A stretch of 64,000 nt of DNA from the human T2T-CHM13v2.0 reference genome, Homo sapiens: assembly GCF_009914755.1 (NCBI RefSeq), contig NC_060933.1, one strand, 5' to 3'. The notes under the pieces were generated by a model. The model saw nothing but the letters and a program-made list of their open reading frames with translations, made no database searches and was not told where the DNA came from. Numbering within the stretch: position 1 is the first letter of the stretch; each line of letters opens with the position of its first letter. Of this stretch, positions 1 to 13,687 are shown one piece after another. Made by a program: the position numbers and the translations under genes.

Positions 1-200
1 GCAACATGGTGTAAACCCCATCTCTACAAAATACAAAAATTAGCCAGGTGTGGTGGTGGGCACCTGGAGTCTCAGCTACTCAGGAGGCAGAGGTGGAGGA
101 TTGCTTGAGCCTGCGAGGTGGAGGTTGCAGTGAGCTGAGGTAGTGCCACTGCACTCCAGCCTGGGCGATAGAGTGAGACCCTGTCTTGAGAAAAAAAAAA
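1..200 (+). mobile_element. Alu (cut by the window edge)
   Basis: Alu linker and right arm with an A tail ending at 200. Confidence 0.9.
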
Positions 201-214
201 GCAACCCAGTGATA

Positions 215-515
<301 letters not shown>

Positions 516-662
516 ACCCAGTGAAAACCAGTATTGAAAATAGATTGCCTCTCCCTTGCTTCATGGTCTGTTCTTACGTAATTTTCAAGATAAGTTCATT
601 TTGGCGGGTACTGACAAATTTCCATTTATTTACTTTTTTCCCTTACATTCATTTCTTCTCAG

Positions 663-1358
663 TCTCTCCAATGAACGCCTTCACTGATATCCAAAGCATG
701 AAGGACACACCAGGGAAAAACATAGACCTAACACAGGACAAATGGAATTATTAGAAACATTTTCTAGCAGAAGAACACTATTCTGTTGCCATTTGAATCT
801 TTGCTTCTTTCTAGGTTTGACAATGAGCCTATCATATAAGCCCAAATGTAAACAGAAAGAGGTTGAATCAGTCACGATAAGCCCAATTATGCTGTGGTAA
901 CAAACAACCTCAAAATCTCATTGGCTTAAAATATACAGAATTATTCTTACTCATGGCACATATCCATCTATCATCTGCAGGGGATCTGCTCACTGAAGTC
1001 ACTTAGGAACTTGGACTGATGGAACGGCCACTTTTTGGTCACTATATGTATTAATCTGTTTTAATCCTGCTGATAAAGACCCAAAATTGGGAACAAAAAG
1101 AAGTTTAACTAGACTTACAGTTCCGCATGGCTGAGGAGGCCTCAGAATCATGGTGGGAGGCGAAAGGCACTTCTTACATGGTGGCAGCAAGAGAAAAATG
1201 AGGAAGAAGCAAAAGCGGAAACCTCTGATAAACCCATCAGATCTTATGAGACTTATTCCACTATCAAGAGAATAGCATGGGAAAGACTGGCTCCCATAAT
1301 TTACCTCCCTCTGGGTCCCTCCCTCAACATGTGGGAATTCTGGGAGAAACAATTCAAG
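663..1358 (+). ncRNA. CDKN2B-AS1: ANRIL exon 8 (696 nt; largely ERVL-MaLR derived)
   Basis: Acceptor tttcttctcAG|tctctcc after a long pyrimidine tract; donor aattcaag|GTgaga inside the THE1A LTR. Confidence 0.88.
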
Positions 1359-3506
1359 GTGAGATTTGGTGGGGATGCAGCCAAACCACGTAATTTCACC
1401 CCTGGCCCCTCCAAATCTCATGTCCTCACATTTCCAAACCAACCATGCCTTCCCAATAGTCACCCAAAGTCTTAACTCATTTCAGCATTAATCCAAAAGT
1501 CCACAGTCCAAATTCTCATCTGAGACAAGGGTAGTCCCTTCTGCCTATGAGCCTGTAAAATCAAAGCAAGCTAGTTACTTCCTAGATACAATGGTGGTAC
1601 CAGTATTGAGTAAATACAGCTGTTCCAAATGGGAGAAATTGGCCGAAGCAAAAGGGTTACAGGGCCCATGCAAGTCCAAAATCCAGCGAGGCAGTCAAAC
1701 TTTGAAGCTCCAAAATGATCTCCTGTGACTCCAGGTCTCATATCCAGGTTATGCTGATGCAGGAGGTGGGTTGCCATGGTCTTGGGCAGCTCCGTCCCTG
1801 TGGCTTTGCAGGGTACAGCCTCCCTCCAATCTGCTTTCACCGGCTGGTGTTGAGTGTCTGTGGCTTTTCCAGATGAATAGTGTAAGCTATTGGTAGATCT
1901 ACCACTCTGGGGTCTGAAGGACGATGGCCCTCTTCTCACAGCTCCACTAGGCAGTGCCTAGGGACTGTGTGTGGGGGCTCTAACCCCACATTTCTCTTCT
2001 GCACTGCCCTAGCAGAGGTTCTCCATGAGAGCCCCGCCCCAGCAGCAAACTTTTGCCTGGGCATTCAGGCATTTCCATACATCTTCTGAAATCTAAGTGG
2101 AGGTTTCCAAACCTCAATTCTTGACTTCTGGGCACCCACAGGGTCAACACCACGTGGAAGCTGCCAAGGCTTGGGGCTTCCACCCTCTGAAGCCACAGCC
2201 TGAGCTATACATTGGCCTCTTTCAGCCACAGCTGGAGCAGCTGGGACACAGGGCACTAAATCCCTAGGCTGCCCATGGCGCAGGGACCCTGGGTCCAGTC
2301 CATGAAACCACTTTTTCCTCTTGGGCCTCTGGGCCTGTGATGGGAGGGGCTGCCATGAAGGTCTCTGACAAGGCTTGGAGACATTTTCCCCATGGTCTCG
2401 GGGATTAACATTAGGCCCCATGCTACTTATGCAAATTTCTGCAGCTAGCTTGAATTTCTTCCCAGAAAATGGGTTTTTCTTTTCTATTGCATAGTCAGGC
2501 TGCAAATTTTCTGAACTCTGTTTCCCTTTTAAAACTGAATGCCTTTAACAGTACCCAAGTCACATCTTGAATGCTTTGCTGCTTAGAAATTTCTTCCGCC
2601 AAATACCCTAAATCATCTCTCTCAAGTTCAAAGTTCCACAAATCTCTAGGGCAGAGGCAAAATGCCACCAGTCTCTTTGCTAAAACCTAACAAGAGTCAC
2701 ATTTGCTCCAGTTCCCAACAAATTCCTCATCTCCATCTGAGACCACCTCAGCCTGGATTTTATTGTCCATATCGCTGTTGGCATTTTGGACAAAGCCATT
2801 AAACAAATCTCTAGGAAATTCTAAGCATTCCCACATTTTCCTTTCTTCTTCTGAGCCTTTCAAACTGTTCCAGTCCCTGCCTGTTACCCAGTTCCAAAGT
2901 CACTTCCACATTTTTGGGTATCTATTCAGCAAAGCCCCACTCTACTGGTACCAATTTACTGTATTAGTCTGTTTTCATGCTGCTGATAAAGACATACCTG
3001 AAACTAGGAACAAAAAGAGGTTTCATTGGACTTACAGTTAGTTCCACATGGCTGGAGAGGCCTTAGAATCATGGCAGGAGGTGAAAGGCACTTCTCATGT
3101 GGCAGTGGCAAGAGTAAAATGAGGAGGAAGCAAAAGTGGAAACCCCTGATAAACCCATCAGATCTCGTGAGACTTACTTCACTATCAGGAGAATAGCACG
3201 AGAAAGATCGGCCCTCGGGATTCAGTTACCTCACCCTGGGTACCTCCCACAAAATGTGGGAATTCTGGGAGATACAATTCAAGTTGAGATTTGGTAGGGA
3301 CACAGGCAAACCATATCACTATACCACAAGTTTTTTTAAAAAAACAAACTTTTGAGAATCTTGTACTGATAATTAATATCTGGTCTGGAAGTGAAGCACA
3401 TTTCTTTTTCTTGCAACTGATTGGCCAGAACCAGCTAGATGGCCCCACCAAGCCAACATTGGGGGAGAACTGAAATATTTGGCAAACAGCAACCATGACC
3501 ATCACA
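868..3506. mobile_element. Old MLT1-type (ERVL-MaLR) LTR split by the THE1A insertion (halves about 868-1046 and 3324-3506)
   Basis: MLT1-like motifs (attatgctgtggtaacaaacaacctcaaaatctc; attggccagaacc...ggccccacc) on either side of THE1A; subfamily uncertain. Confidence 0.55.
1047..3318 (-). mobile_element. Complete THE1A retroelement: LTR 1047-1393, internal 1394-2959, LTR 2960-3318
   Basis: Two direct LTR copies with THE1A-like sequence, THE1 internal region, perfect 5-bp TSD CTATA at 1042-1046 and 3319-3323. Confidence 0.9.
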
Positions 3507-4256
3507 GCTGGAAGTTCTCAGTCTGGAACTCCTTCCCCAGGCCTCCCATTTCTGGAACTCTGAGAACAACAATCCAGGAATCTGATGACATCTTTTCCTT
3601 TACTAGCCAAAATCTGATGACATTTTTTCCTTTACTAGCCAAAAGGGAGAACAATAAGCAAATAAATTCAATTTTCTCCCATTTATACTTTTAAATCTGA
3701 GAACGAATTGTGTGTTTATAAGAAAGTGAGGGTTGAGCATCATGAAGAAAAATATAAAGATCTTTAAAAAGTATATATTGGGCCTATTAGCTACAAACAT
3801 GGATCATTATTAATATGTGTCTGACTGACATTTAAAATGCATAATCAAAATCAAGCCTGTTAGATAAAAAATTCATCCATTAATAGCAACTAAATTTCAT
3901 TAGGTAAGTAGTAGTGCTGTGTTTAAAAGAGTAATCTATTTGGAAACAGGAATTAATACTCAGAATATTATTATTAATATATTTGAAAATTACTTGTGTT
4001 TATTTGTCCCAGCCCTTACAAGGTGTGTGGTAATGGTTAAGGTATTTCTCCTCTATATGCCTGAGTTTTCTTCTTTACAAAAGGGGGGAGGGAATAATAG
4101 CACCTGATTTTACTTTTGTTGTGAAGATTAAATTTGTACATATATAAATCTATATATCTATATATACACTTATATATGTATGTAAAATATGTAGGCTTGT
4201 GCCTGACATTAAATACTAAAAAATACTAGCTATTATTTTTATCCTCATATTATCAG

Positions 4257-4330
4257 ATATGACACATTCATAATTTAAACAGAAGCCTACGAAGAACTCA
4301 TAAATTAAAAGAAGATAATCTTTTCACAAG
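4257..4330 (+). ncRNA. CDKN2B-AS1: ANRIL exon 9 (74 nt)
   Basis: tattatcAG|atatgac ... cacaag|GTaaca. Confidence 0.85.
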
Positions 4331-5258
4331 GTAACAAATTTTGGAACAATTTTTTAGAGTCTCTAGACATCTGTTACTGACGTTGTGAGTGAAATGGGTC
4401 TGTGAAGGGAAGATACAGGTGGAACTGGGCCAGTGTTTGCAGAGGACCATGATATTTCTATATCTCTGCTGGCTCCCTATCAGTTCTAGAGCTAGTTCAA
4501 GTGAAGCCTCCATAACCTCTGGACAATAAAAATGCACCATGCTATTGTTAGCATGATGAATGAATTTATTTTTGTTTAGCTTACAGAAAGTTAGTAGTTT
4601 TCAAAAGGGTCTTTATGTATACAATTGAAGATACTACATTCTTGAAAAGGAAATCTTTACAGCATACAGGTCCCTGGCACTAATACCTCATTTCTGGGCA
4701 CAGCTTGATATGGAGGTATAGTTTGTGTTTTATCTGAGGAAAATTTAGGTTGGTGTTATGTTTTGGGCTAGCTCTGCTGAAACATTATTCTCTTTTCTTT
4801 TAGAGCCAGGGCTGTGGGCTGTGTCACTTGTGACTTGGCAGCCCTTAATGGGGCTACATGAGGAAGACATTTCCTTACATGATTCCAAGAGTCTTTCTCT
4901 GGGGTTCTGAGGTAGTCTCTGTGTTTCTTGGAGATATCGTTGGCTCTAAAATTTCCCCTAAGTGAGGTGATATTCTGTCATCTCATGCATGGGTTTTGGA
5001 GGCTGAGGGGTGTCTGGGTTGGCTCCACCACCTACCAGTTGGGTAATATTGTGTAGTTTTTTTTTTAAACCTTTCTCAGCTTTAGTTTCCTTATTTGAAC
5101 AGGGTTAAAAATTGGGCTTGAGAGAAGGATTAGAGATAATATTAGTAGATATTGTTGATGAATTGGGCGAAGCAGAGGGAGGGGGCAAAGTTGACTACCT
5201 TTGTTTCTGTCTCAAACAAGTAGGTGGTGATGCCTTTGAGGAGATAAGAAAAGTGACT

Positions 5259-5280
5259 TGTGTGTGTGTGTGAAAGACAG

Positions 5281-5339
<59 letters not shown>
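5259..5339. repeat. Compound microsatellite (TG)7...(AC)10(AT)n(AG)n
   Basis: Read directly. Confidence 0.95.
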
Positions 5340-6259
5340 CTTATAAATTTTGGATATATGGTTTCAAGGCACTTTTCTGGATGCATAAGTGTAAATGTTC
5401 AGTTGAAGTTTTAATGGTGCTTAGGAGAGAGATGTGAACGATAATAGAGATTCCAAAGGCCTTTACATCAAGAGGATAACTGAAGCTATAGGAGCAGATG
5501 AGGCACACCTGTAAAGATGAGACAAGAAGAAAGCCTAGGGTAGCTCTGAGAACTTTGCTATTTAGTGTCCTCATAGAGGGGATGGAGGATTCTTCACAAA
5601 AAGTTCAGTTTTGTGACACCACATTCCCCTGATTTTACTCTTACCTCTTGAGACACCAATTTTTTAATGAAGAAGAAAATTATGTTGCCTGCTTAAAGTA
5701 AGGAAAGCAGGTGTTGGTGGGATTCCTTAATAGAAATATAGAGGTTTAAAATACCTACAAGAGTAGGAGATAGAATTGATCAAGTAAAAAAATTGAAGAG
5801 ATTAATTGAGGACTTAACATCAGAGACCATATGTTTGTTGTGACAATAATCCAAATTATTGTAATAATGTGTTTAGGAGTATTTAGCCTTGTAGGTACCA
5901 AGATTGCATTGATCCTGTGTTAGGAGTTTGCCAGGTGTGTGCAATAGTGAGAAAGACATGAAGGGATTTGAGGTTGCTGATGAGTGACCAGTTTAGATGA
6001 CAACTACTGTTTCTTCAACTCTTTCTTCAACTTCAACTGTCTGTTTTGGGAAAGGCTAGTGGCCTGTGAGGAAACGAAGACCCCGGAGCTGGAGGACTCA
6101 AAGAGTTTGGAGAGCAGACGTGTGCAAGTGAGGGTTTTGTGAGCACTGGAGGACAGGCAGCTGGGGAAGAGAGTGTGTTATTTGCAGTTATGATATTGGG
6201 TGTGGAGCTATTTTTGGTGGCAGCAAAGCTCAGGATGTATTTTTTTATTATTCCCATAG

Positions 6260-6334
6260 GTGATGGAGGCTTTTTATTTTGCCACAAAACCACTGGTGAC
6301 GTTGCCTGTGGCCACCTTGGAGAAGACACTGGAG
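6260..6334 (+). ncRNA. CDKN2B-AS1: ANRIL exon 10 (75 nt)
   Basis: ttcccatAG|gtgatgg ... ctggag|GTacac. Confidence 0.85.
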
Positions 6335-7977
6335 GTACACAGGATGTATCCCTGGAAGTGGCAGGGGGTATAAGTTTAGTAGGAGATTTGTTACTGAGTA
6401 TTTAAGGTCTAGGAACAGATTGAGGGTGTTGGGTGGATTGCCCACTAAGACACTGGGTTTTCTAGCATGATGACAGAAATTGGAGTTTGGGGGGAGAAGA
6501 GTTCTATTGTGTCTTGAAGAATGTGATCAGGAGGTATTTCTAATGACACAAACATAGAAGTATACACACTGGTATAGTCAGATGGCATGAGTACCAAGGT
6601 GGAAGTGTGGTGGTCCTAAAGTGGCATTAAGGAGCCAATAAATTGTCATTCCTACCTTAGCTCTGTGTCAGATGAAATACACAGCATAGTGTGGGGAGAA
6701 AATGTTGAGCTTATTGGGGATGGGGTCTTTCACATAAAGGAAGAAGGTTTCAGAAGGCATAGTGGTATGAAAAGAGGAGAAGCCAAAGGGAGGAAGGTCA
6801 ATAAAGGGTTAAGAACGAGGGGAGGCAAATTGACTTTCTTTCAGCATATGAGGATTATAGGAATGGAAACCTTAATTGGAATTAATTGACCACAAATATT
6901 CCAAAGATGGAGTGAATCAGTTCGAGACAGAGATATCTGAGGGTCTGAGGGTCTGAAGTAGGATTTGTCCCAGTCGTGTGTGGGTGGGTTCACTGTGTGG
7001 AGCCTGGGGTCTTGAGGATCTGAACATGGGCTGCCTCCTGTGTGCACGGTGGAGGCATCTGGCCTGTTCTCCCTGGGGTGGACTCATGATGAGCTGAGTG
7101 GCCAAACACACAATGGTTTTCATTTAACATCTCATTTCTAGCCTAACGACAAACCTAAAAGGTGGGCATAACAATAATGTTAATAAAACATCTGCATTTC
7201 TCCCATCCTTGGAGTTGTGAGGATTTAATGCAATTGTTTGTGGGAAAGCACTTTAACAACTCTAAATTACGATATATATGCTAGGTTTTATTGTTACCCA
7301 CACCTTTGATGTATTTCTGTTTGTACTCTTCACTGTATCTGTAACACATTCCCTAGGATAATTAGGGCTACCCTTTAACAAAGCCAAGATTCTATTTATA
7401 GTGGTAAGCTGGCACCTGGGCTGATTCTCTCTAGTGATTATGTAGTTTTGATGTGGACTGGCATTCTTCCCTGGAGTTTGAGTACCTCCGTCAGCACTTC
7501 TCCCGTCCAGAAGTTCCATCTCTGTGTTTTTCTATTACAAAGCCCAGACACCCATCTAGGCCACCCACCAGGTTCCTCTTTCCAGTCTTAAGGACATCTT
7601 TAGCTCCTGGCTCATTTGTGAGATGGAGTGGACTGACATGCCCTAAGCAAAGATTGCCAGCCTGGTCTAGTTTTCCAGGTCTCCCTTGACTCGACAATAA
7701 AGTAACCACTAGACTTTGAGAATTGCAGTTTTACATTGTCTAGAGTCTTCTAGACTTTCATGAAGATAGGCAAATATGATTCTAACCAAGATGTATTAAT
7801 ACCTCCTACTTCCTTTGAAATGTAACTGAGACTGTACTTGAGACGTTACAATTTCTTGGAAGGGGAAAGGAAGCTTCTGCTATTGAACGAACTTTTTGTT
7901 AAGGTAGCTCCCAAGCAGGTTCAGTAGCTTTGTTCTATTATCACTTTTCTACTGACAGTGATTTTTTTCCTTTCAAG

Positions 7978-8073
7978 GCCTGGGACATGGAGACTGCTTT
8001 TCTGCAGAAACCACATCCCTTGGAGTAATGAGCTACACCTACCTCAATTATTCAGTGCAGTACAACACTCCAG
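7978..8073 (+). ncRNA. CDKN2B-AS1: ANRIL exon 11 (96 nt)
   Basis: ttttcctttcaAG|gcctggg ... ctccag|GTcagc. Confidence 0.83.
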
Positions 8074-8526
8074 GTCAGCTATTAAGAGGTGCACACATTA
8101 TTTTTAGAAAATGTGAGTCAGTCTTGGGGAAAACAAATCTATGCTATATGTTCTTTTTACTCACTTGATTTACAACATACTGTGATGTATTCTTTTTCTA
8201 TTCAGCATCTTTTTGTACCCGTAGCTCTTTGTTCTGAGCATAAATGTGACCTTTTGGCTTCAGGTAGAAACTCTGTCTCATGAGCACTCCCTGGACACGG
8301 AAGTTCTTTGAAATAGCATTGATTTTGTTTAAGCCTTCATGTTCCCCTGGAAGGCTGATTAACCTTAGTGCCTTCTTTCTGTAATAGCTCATATTGAATT
8401 ATCTCCCTCTGTCTGATTATATCCATTTGAATCACCTGCAAGTTTCTTTTACATGTCTAGAGTGAGGACAATGTGGGTGATGAAGAGCTGAAATCTTCTA
8501 GGTAAACATTAGATTTTTAAAAATTC

Positions 8527-8857
<331 letters not shown>

Positions 8858-9097
8858 TAGCTTCTGAGAATTTCTAAGACCCAATGGTAACTCTATGCTA
8901 AAATTAAAATACGAATGTCCTTTTCAAAACTGCACAATATCTTTGCTATTGTCAATAATGTCTCAATAAACATAAAATAGCAAAGAGATTGTGCAGTTTT
9001 AAAAAGAACATTCGTATTTTAATTTTAGCATAGAGTTACCATCGGGTCTTAGAAATTCTCAGAAGCTGGAAAAGCAGCGTTACTAAGGCAGAAAATG

Positions 9098-9543
9098 TAT
9101 TCACAATAGCAAAGACTTGGAACCAACCCAAATGTCCATCAATGATAGACTGGATTAAGAAAATGTGGCATATATACACCATGGAATACTATGCAGCCAT
9201 AAAAAGGGATGAGTTCTTGTCCTTTGTAGGGACATGGATGAAGCTGGAAACCATCATTCTGAGCAAACTATCGCAAGGACAGAAAACCAAACACTGATGT
9301 TCTCACTCATAGGTGGGAATTGAACAATGAGAACACTTGGACACAGGGTGGGGAACATCACACACCAGGGCCTGTTGTGGGGTGGGGAGAGGAGGGAGGG
9401 ATAGCATTAGGAGAAATACCTAATGTAAATGACGAGTTAATGGGTGCAGCACACCAACATAGCACATGTATACATATGTAATAAACCTGCACATTGTGCA
9501 CATGTACCCTAGAACTTAAAGTATAATAATAAACAAAAAAAAC
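9098..9543 (+). mobile_element. 5'-truncated L1PA (PA4-6-like) 3' end
   Basis: ORF2 C-terminus/3'UTR with G-rich tract, AATAAA at 9528-9533 and A tail. Confidence 0.92.
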
Positions 9544-9839
9544 CACTGCACAATCTCTAGTATTCAGATGGAGACTAAGCATGATTTTTCATATAAAAGA
9601 GCAGATCAGAATGTTGTATCTTTTATTCAGAAGACTGGAGTTAATCACTGTTATCTTTAGTACTTAGTGCTGCCAAGGCTGTGTGTTCACAATGAGGATA
9701 GGATGTCAAATAAATGAAGCTTCATAGAACAAGAGCAGGATTGAGTCATGTAGGCAACTGTTTCAGCTTCCTCACCTAACTTAGCACCAAAATGTGTTAT
9801 TGTCATTACAGAGTGCTTATTTAAAGAAAAATAAAAAGA

Positions 9840-9888
9840 ACACACACACACACGCATGCACACACACATGCACGCACACACACACACA
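9840..9888. repeat. Imperfect (CA)n
   Basis: Read directly. Confidence 0.9.
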
Positions 9889-11819
9889 TGTAGCTACATG
9901 TCTAGGAGGGATGTGGAGAGCTGAAATATGAAGGCAAAATAAAACATCTTTTTCAAAGTATACAGCCTACAGTGGTTAGCACAGAGCTGGCCACATAGCA
10001 GGGGTTTCATAAATGCTTGTTGATTAAACTCTTTTTTTTGAAAACAATAATGTAGAAGCAAAGAGCCTAAAGTGTTTTCATAAATCTTAAGTGGTAGCTT
10101 TATGTTCCAGTTCAGCAAAACACAAATTTGAAGGCAATCTGTACATTAGGGTTCAGGTGAAGAAGGCAAAGGAATCAATGAAATTGTAAAAGCTTTCCAA
10201 ATTTGCCTTTTCTCTTAAGATTGTCTTTCTCTCATTCTCTTCTCCCTATTTCAGGAATGCAAATATCCTGTTTCATCAATCTTTTGTTTTCTGACTCAAG
10301 ATAACAACAATAATTTATTGAGCACAAACCATGACTTTTGGGTCTGTGTAGCCCCGAAGCTTCATAGTTCAATATCTGACACATAAGAGGGGCTTACTCT
10401 ACACTTAAATGTTAGTTTTGTCCTCACTTTTTTCTCTTTCTCAGAGATCTCCCTTTTCCCCTACTTGTATAAGCATGAAGAAATCTTTCTTTTCATTCTC
10501 TCCAAGTTTAATCAGACAACTCCACATACATACATCTTTGTTCACAACTATGAACAAGACAGAAAAGTTGCTGGACCTCAAGGACTTTACAATCAATCTG
10601 GGAAGGCAAACATTGAACATATAATGTCCAGTCTGATAAGTGTTAGGGAAGGAAAGCTCAGAATGCAAGGGAATATAATCTAATCTAGGAGATCGTGGGA
10701 AATATCACTGGGGAATTTGGAACTGAAAGAAAAATAAGATTTGATTAGGGGAAATTGAAGGATCAGGGAGTCAGGCGGAGAAGAATGTCCCGGCAGATGA
10801 GACACTATGTACCAAGCCCGAGTTTGACAGAGAGCGTGGTTTACAGAAGGAATCTAAAAGGTGTAGTTTCTGTAGCAGAAGTGTAAGGGTGTTACTCGTA
10901 GGAGGCCTCTATTGAACTCTTTTCCAGTGACGTAGTGTGTGGTCTTTAAGTGGCTTTGCAATGATAATAAGATCAGCATTGCATTACTGAATGAGCTCCT
11001 TTAGTAAACGTGGATATGTGCTTTCTGAATCTATTTGTTTGTTTTTCCCAAGTCATAAACAGTGAATCAAGCAAATGAAACATAATCAAGCTTGGATAGT
11101 ATCTTCCACTAATTTCCTTGGTCTTAAGTAAGACTGACAGTAAACTGATGGTCAACCTGTTCAATGGGCTTTAACAAGTAGTAGCCACATCCAAGTCAAC
11201 AAACAGTACAGGCAATCAGGGCCCCTGGCCTACAGTGAATCATGGGAATTACCCCAGGGACCTATGCTTTGGGGACTCGTCCTTCCTGGCAGCTATAGAT
11301 GCCATCAGAAACTCATTTGCACACTCTTATAACCAAGATAAGGGCAATGGTTAGTCCCCTGTCATTGCATGTTAGCTTTCTTTCCCTTTTCTAGGCTTTT
11401 TCAGATGCCTCTTTTACATTATTACTTTTCCTGTGTGAAAATAATGCGTGGGAAATGGGTAGGTCATACAGAGCGATAATTTCATTCCTGGGCCCCTGTC
11501 TTGCAGCTCCCTAAGTAAAGTTTTGCGCCTGGCACTCCTCTGGCATAGTAACCTCTGACAAACCCTTGGGTAATAGAGGAGTAGCAAAACCCATGGGTAA
11601 TGGAGGAGTAGCAGGAATATTATGATTAGCTAACAAATTCACAAAGTACATAGAAATTTTTTTCTCGAATTAACCACTATAGCTGAGGAATATAGATTAG
11701 TGACAAAATTGTGCACTCAACCAACTCTATTAAAAGTATTTCATTATTCCCGTGAAAAAACTCCTAGGAAAATGATTCACTGAGAGATATACGATTGTAT
11801 AAGTATTGAGAAACAGTCT

Positions 11820-12178
11820 TTCTTTTTTGCTTTTTATTTATTTATTTAATAGACATTATAGTTACACATAATTATGGGATACAATTTGATGGTTCGATAC
11901 ATTTTTATGTTGTATAATAATCCAATCAAGGTATATTTAGTGTACTCATCACTTCATGCATTTATTATTCCTTTTTGATGAGAACATTCAAAAGCCTCTC
12001 TTCTAGCTCTTTCGTAATATCAATACCTTACTGTTAATCATAGTCACTCTACTGTGCAATAGAATGCTAGAATTTATTCCTCCTATTGAATTGTAACTTT
12101 GTACCTGTCGACCAGCCTCTCCCCATCTTCTTCCCCTTCCTTCTTGCTTCCCCAGTCTCTGGTAACCACTGTTCTATT
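11820..12178 (-). mobile_element. Old L1M (L1MA-like) 3' end
   Basis: Typical L1MA 3'UTR motifs (atagtcactctactgtgcaataga; tgtaactttgtacc). Confidence 0.7.
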
Positions 12179-12179
12179 C

Positions 12180-12287
12180 CTTTTTTTGTTTTTTCTTTTT
12201 GCAGAGTTCGCTCTGCCGCCCAGACTGGAGTGCAGTGCACAATCTTGGCTCACTGCTACCTCCGCCTCCCAGGTTCAAGTGATTCTT
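12180..12287 (-). mobile_element. Alu right-arm fragment
   Basis: cgcccagactggagtgcagtg...cccaggttcaagtgattct. Confidence 0.75.
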
Positions 12288-13189
12288 TCTATTTTTTGGG
12301 AATGTGCGTTATCTAATACTTAGGTGCCTCAGATTTAATGGTGGTAAATCTCACTCATTTTATGAAAACCAAATGAACACTATCCTCACAATGGTTAGAA
12401 AGCAAGATCAGCTCAACTTTATGAAAATATGACTATAAAACCATTTATTATTGCCAAGTGGTTGGAGTGGAGTTGACAGAAAGATGCATTATTTTAAATT
12501 GTGTTTTAGATGACAGAACAGGAGTCAGTAATGTTCCAGTTTGGAGGAATTAGAGTTAATTGGTTAATTGATTGATTCGATTCAGTCAAATTTATTGAAT
12601 GACTGCTGTTTCAGACACTGTATTTGGTCCTGGGAAAACACAGATAAATAATATATAATTGTATTATAAATTAATAAAATAGTTTTTTCCCTCCAAATGT
12701 CAGTAGTCCTTGGAAAGGACATGTAAACAATGAATATAAAGTGACACATAGTCCAGTCAAGATAGGTAGGAAGGTCTAAGTACAATTGAGTGGTCAATTT
12801 CACTTCAGGGAAGGGCAATGATCAGGGAAGATTTCCCAGGGAAAGTGATGCTTGGGCAAATAAGTAAGCATTTTACAAAGAGACAAGGAAGGATAGGGCG
12901 TCCTGGGCAGAGGAAGGAGTGTGTACAAAGGCCAAGTGACATATGACAACATTGTACATGAAGGAAACTACCATCAGGCAGAGCTGAAATGTTGGCACAT
13001 GGTGAAGTGCTAGTTACCGGTCCCAGCCATGACAGTAGTGTAACAAATGCCTGCCTCTGGTGCACAGCAAGATATTAAGATTCCTCAAAACAGTTCATAT
13101 ATTTTATAAATTAAGATAGACATTAACAGAAGCTCATAGAATCAATTAATGCAAATGTAAGTGACCTAAGAGGCATTTTGTTCAGCATA

Positions 13190-13470
13190 GTTATTGATTT
13201 TGCCTGACCCAGAGGATTTGAATTTAGGAAGATGTAAGCCTAGAGTAGCTGTCAGTTATCTTGTGATACATGGGCCTTGGAAGCAAGGTACAGGGACACA
13301 GTGGACCAATGGGGGAAGATTAGGTCCTGGTGATGTGATTCAAGCCACTGGATTAAGCCACATCTGAAACGTCTATTTCTGTACTCTTCAGTTACAAGAG
13401 ATGTTAGTTTGAATTATTTGCTTAAGTCAGTTTTTAAAAAATTCAATTGCAACTTAGGAGATACATCTGG
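13190..13470 (+). mobile_element. MLT1J/K-like LTR remnant
   Basis: ggtcctggtgatg...agccactggattaagcc...cttcagttac motifs. Confidence 0.5.
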
Positions 13471-13600
13471 CCTCTTCATTTTACAACTTAGGAGACTAAT
13501 ATCTAGTATGACAAAGTGACTTGCCACCAAATGGCTGGTTAAAAACTGATACCAGGACCCAGATCTAATGACTCAGAGGCCAGGCTTAGAAATATCTAGC

Positions 13601-13687
13601 TTTTTTTTTTTTTTTTTTTTTTTAGACACGGAGTCTTGCTCTGTTGACCAGGCTGGAGTGCAGTTGCGCGATCTTGGCTCACAGCAA
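13601..13687 (-). mobile_element. Severely 5'-truncated Alu (3' end and tail)
   Basis: T23 followed by agacacggagtcttgctctg...cttggctcac. Confidence 0.85.

Noticed and set aside
999-3505. 100-150 aa ORFs
   Set aside because: Chance frames inside the THE1A element
5380-7100. Purine-rich region with several short ORFs around exon 10
   Set aside because: Looks like highly decayed L2 sequence; boundaries and coding potential cannot be supported
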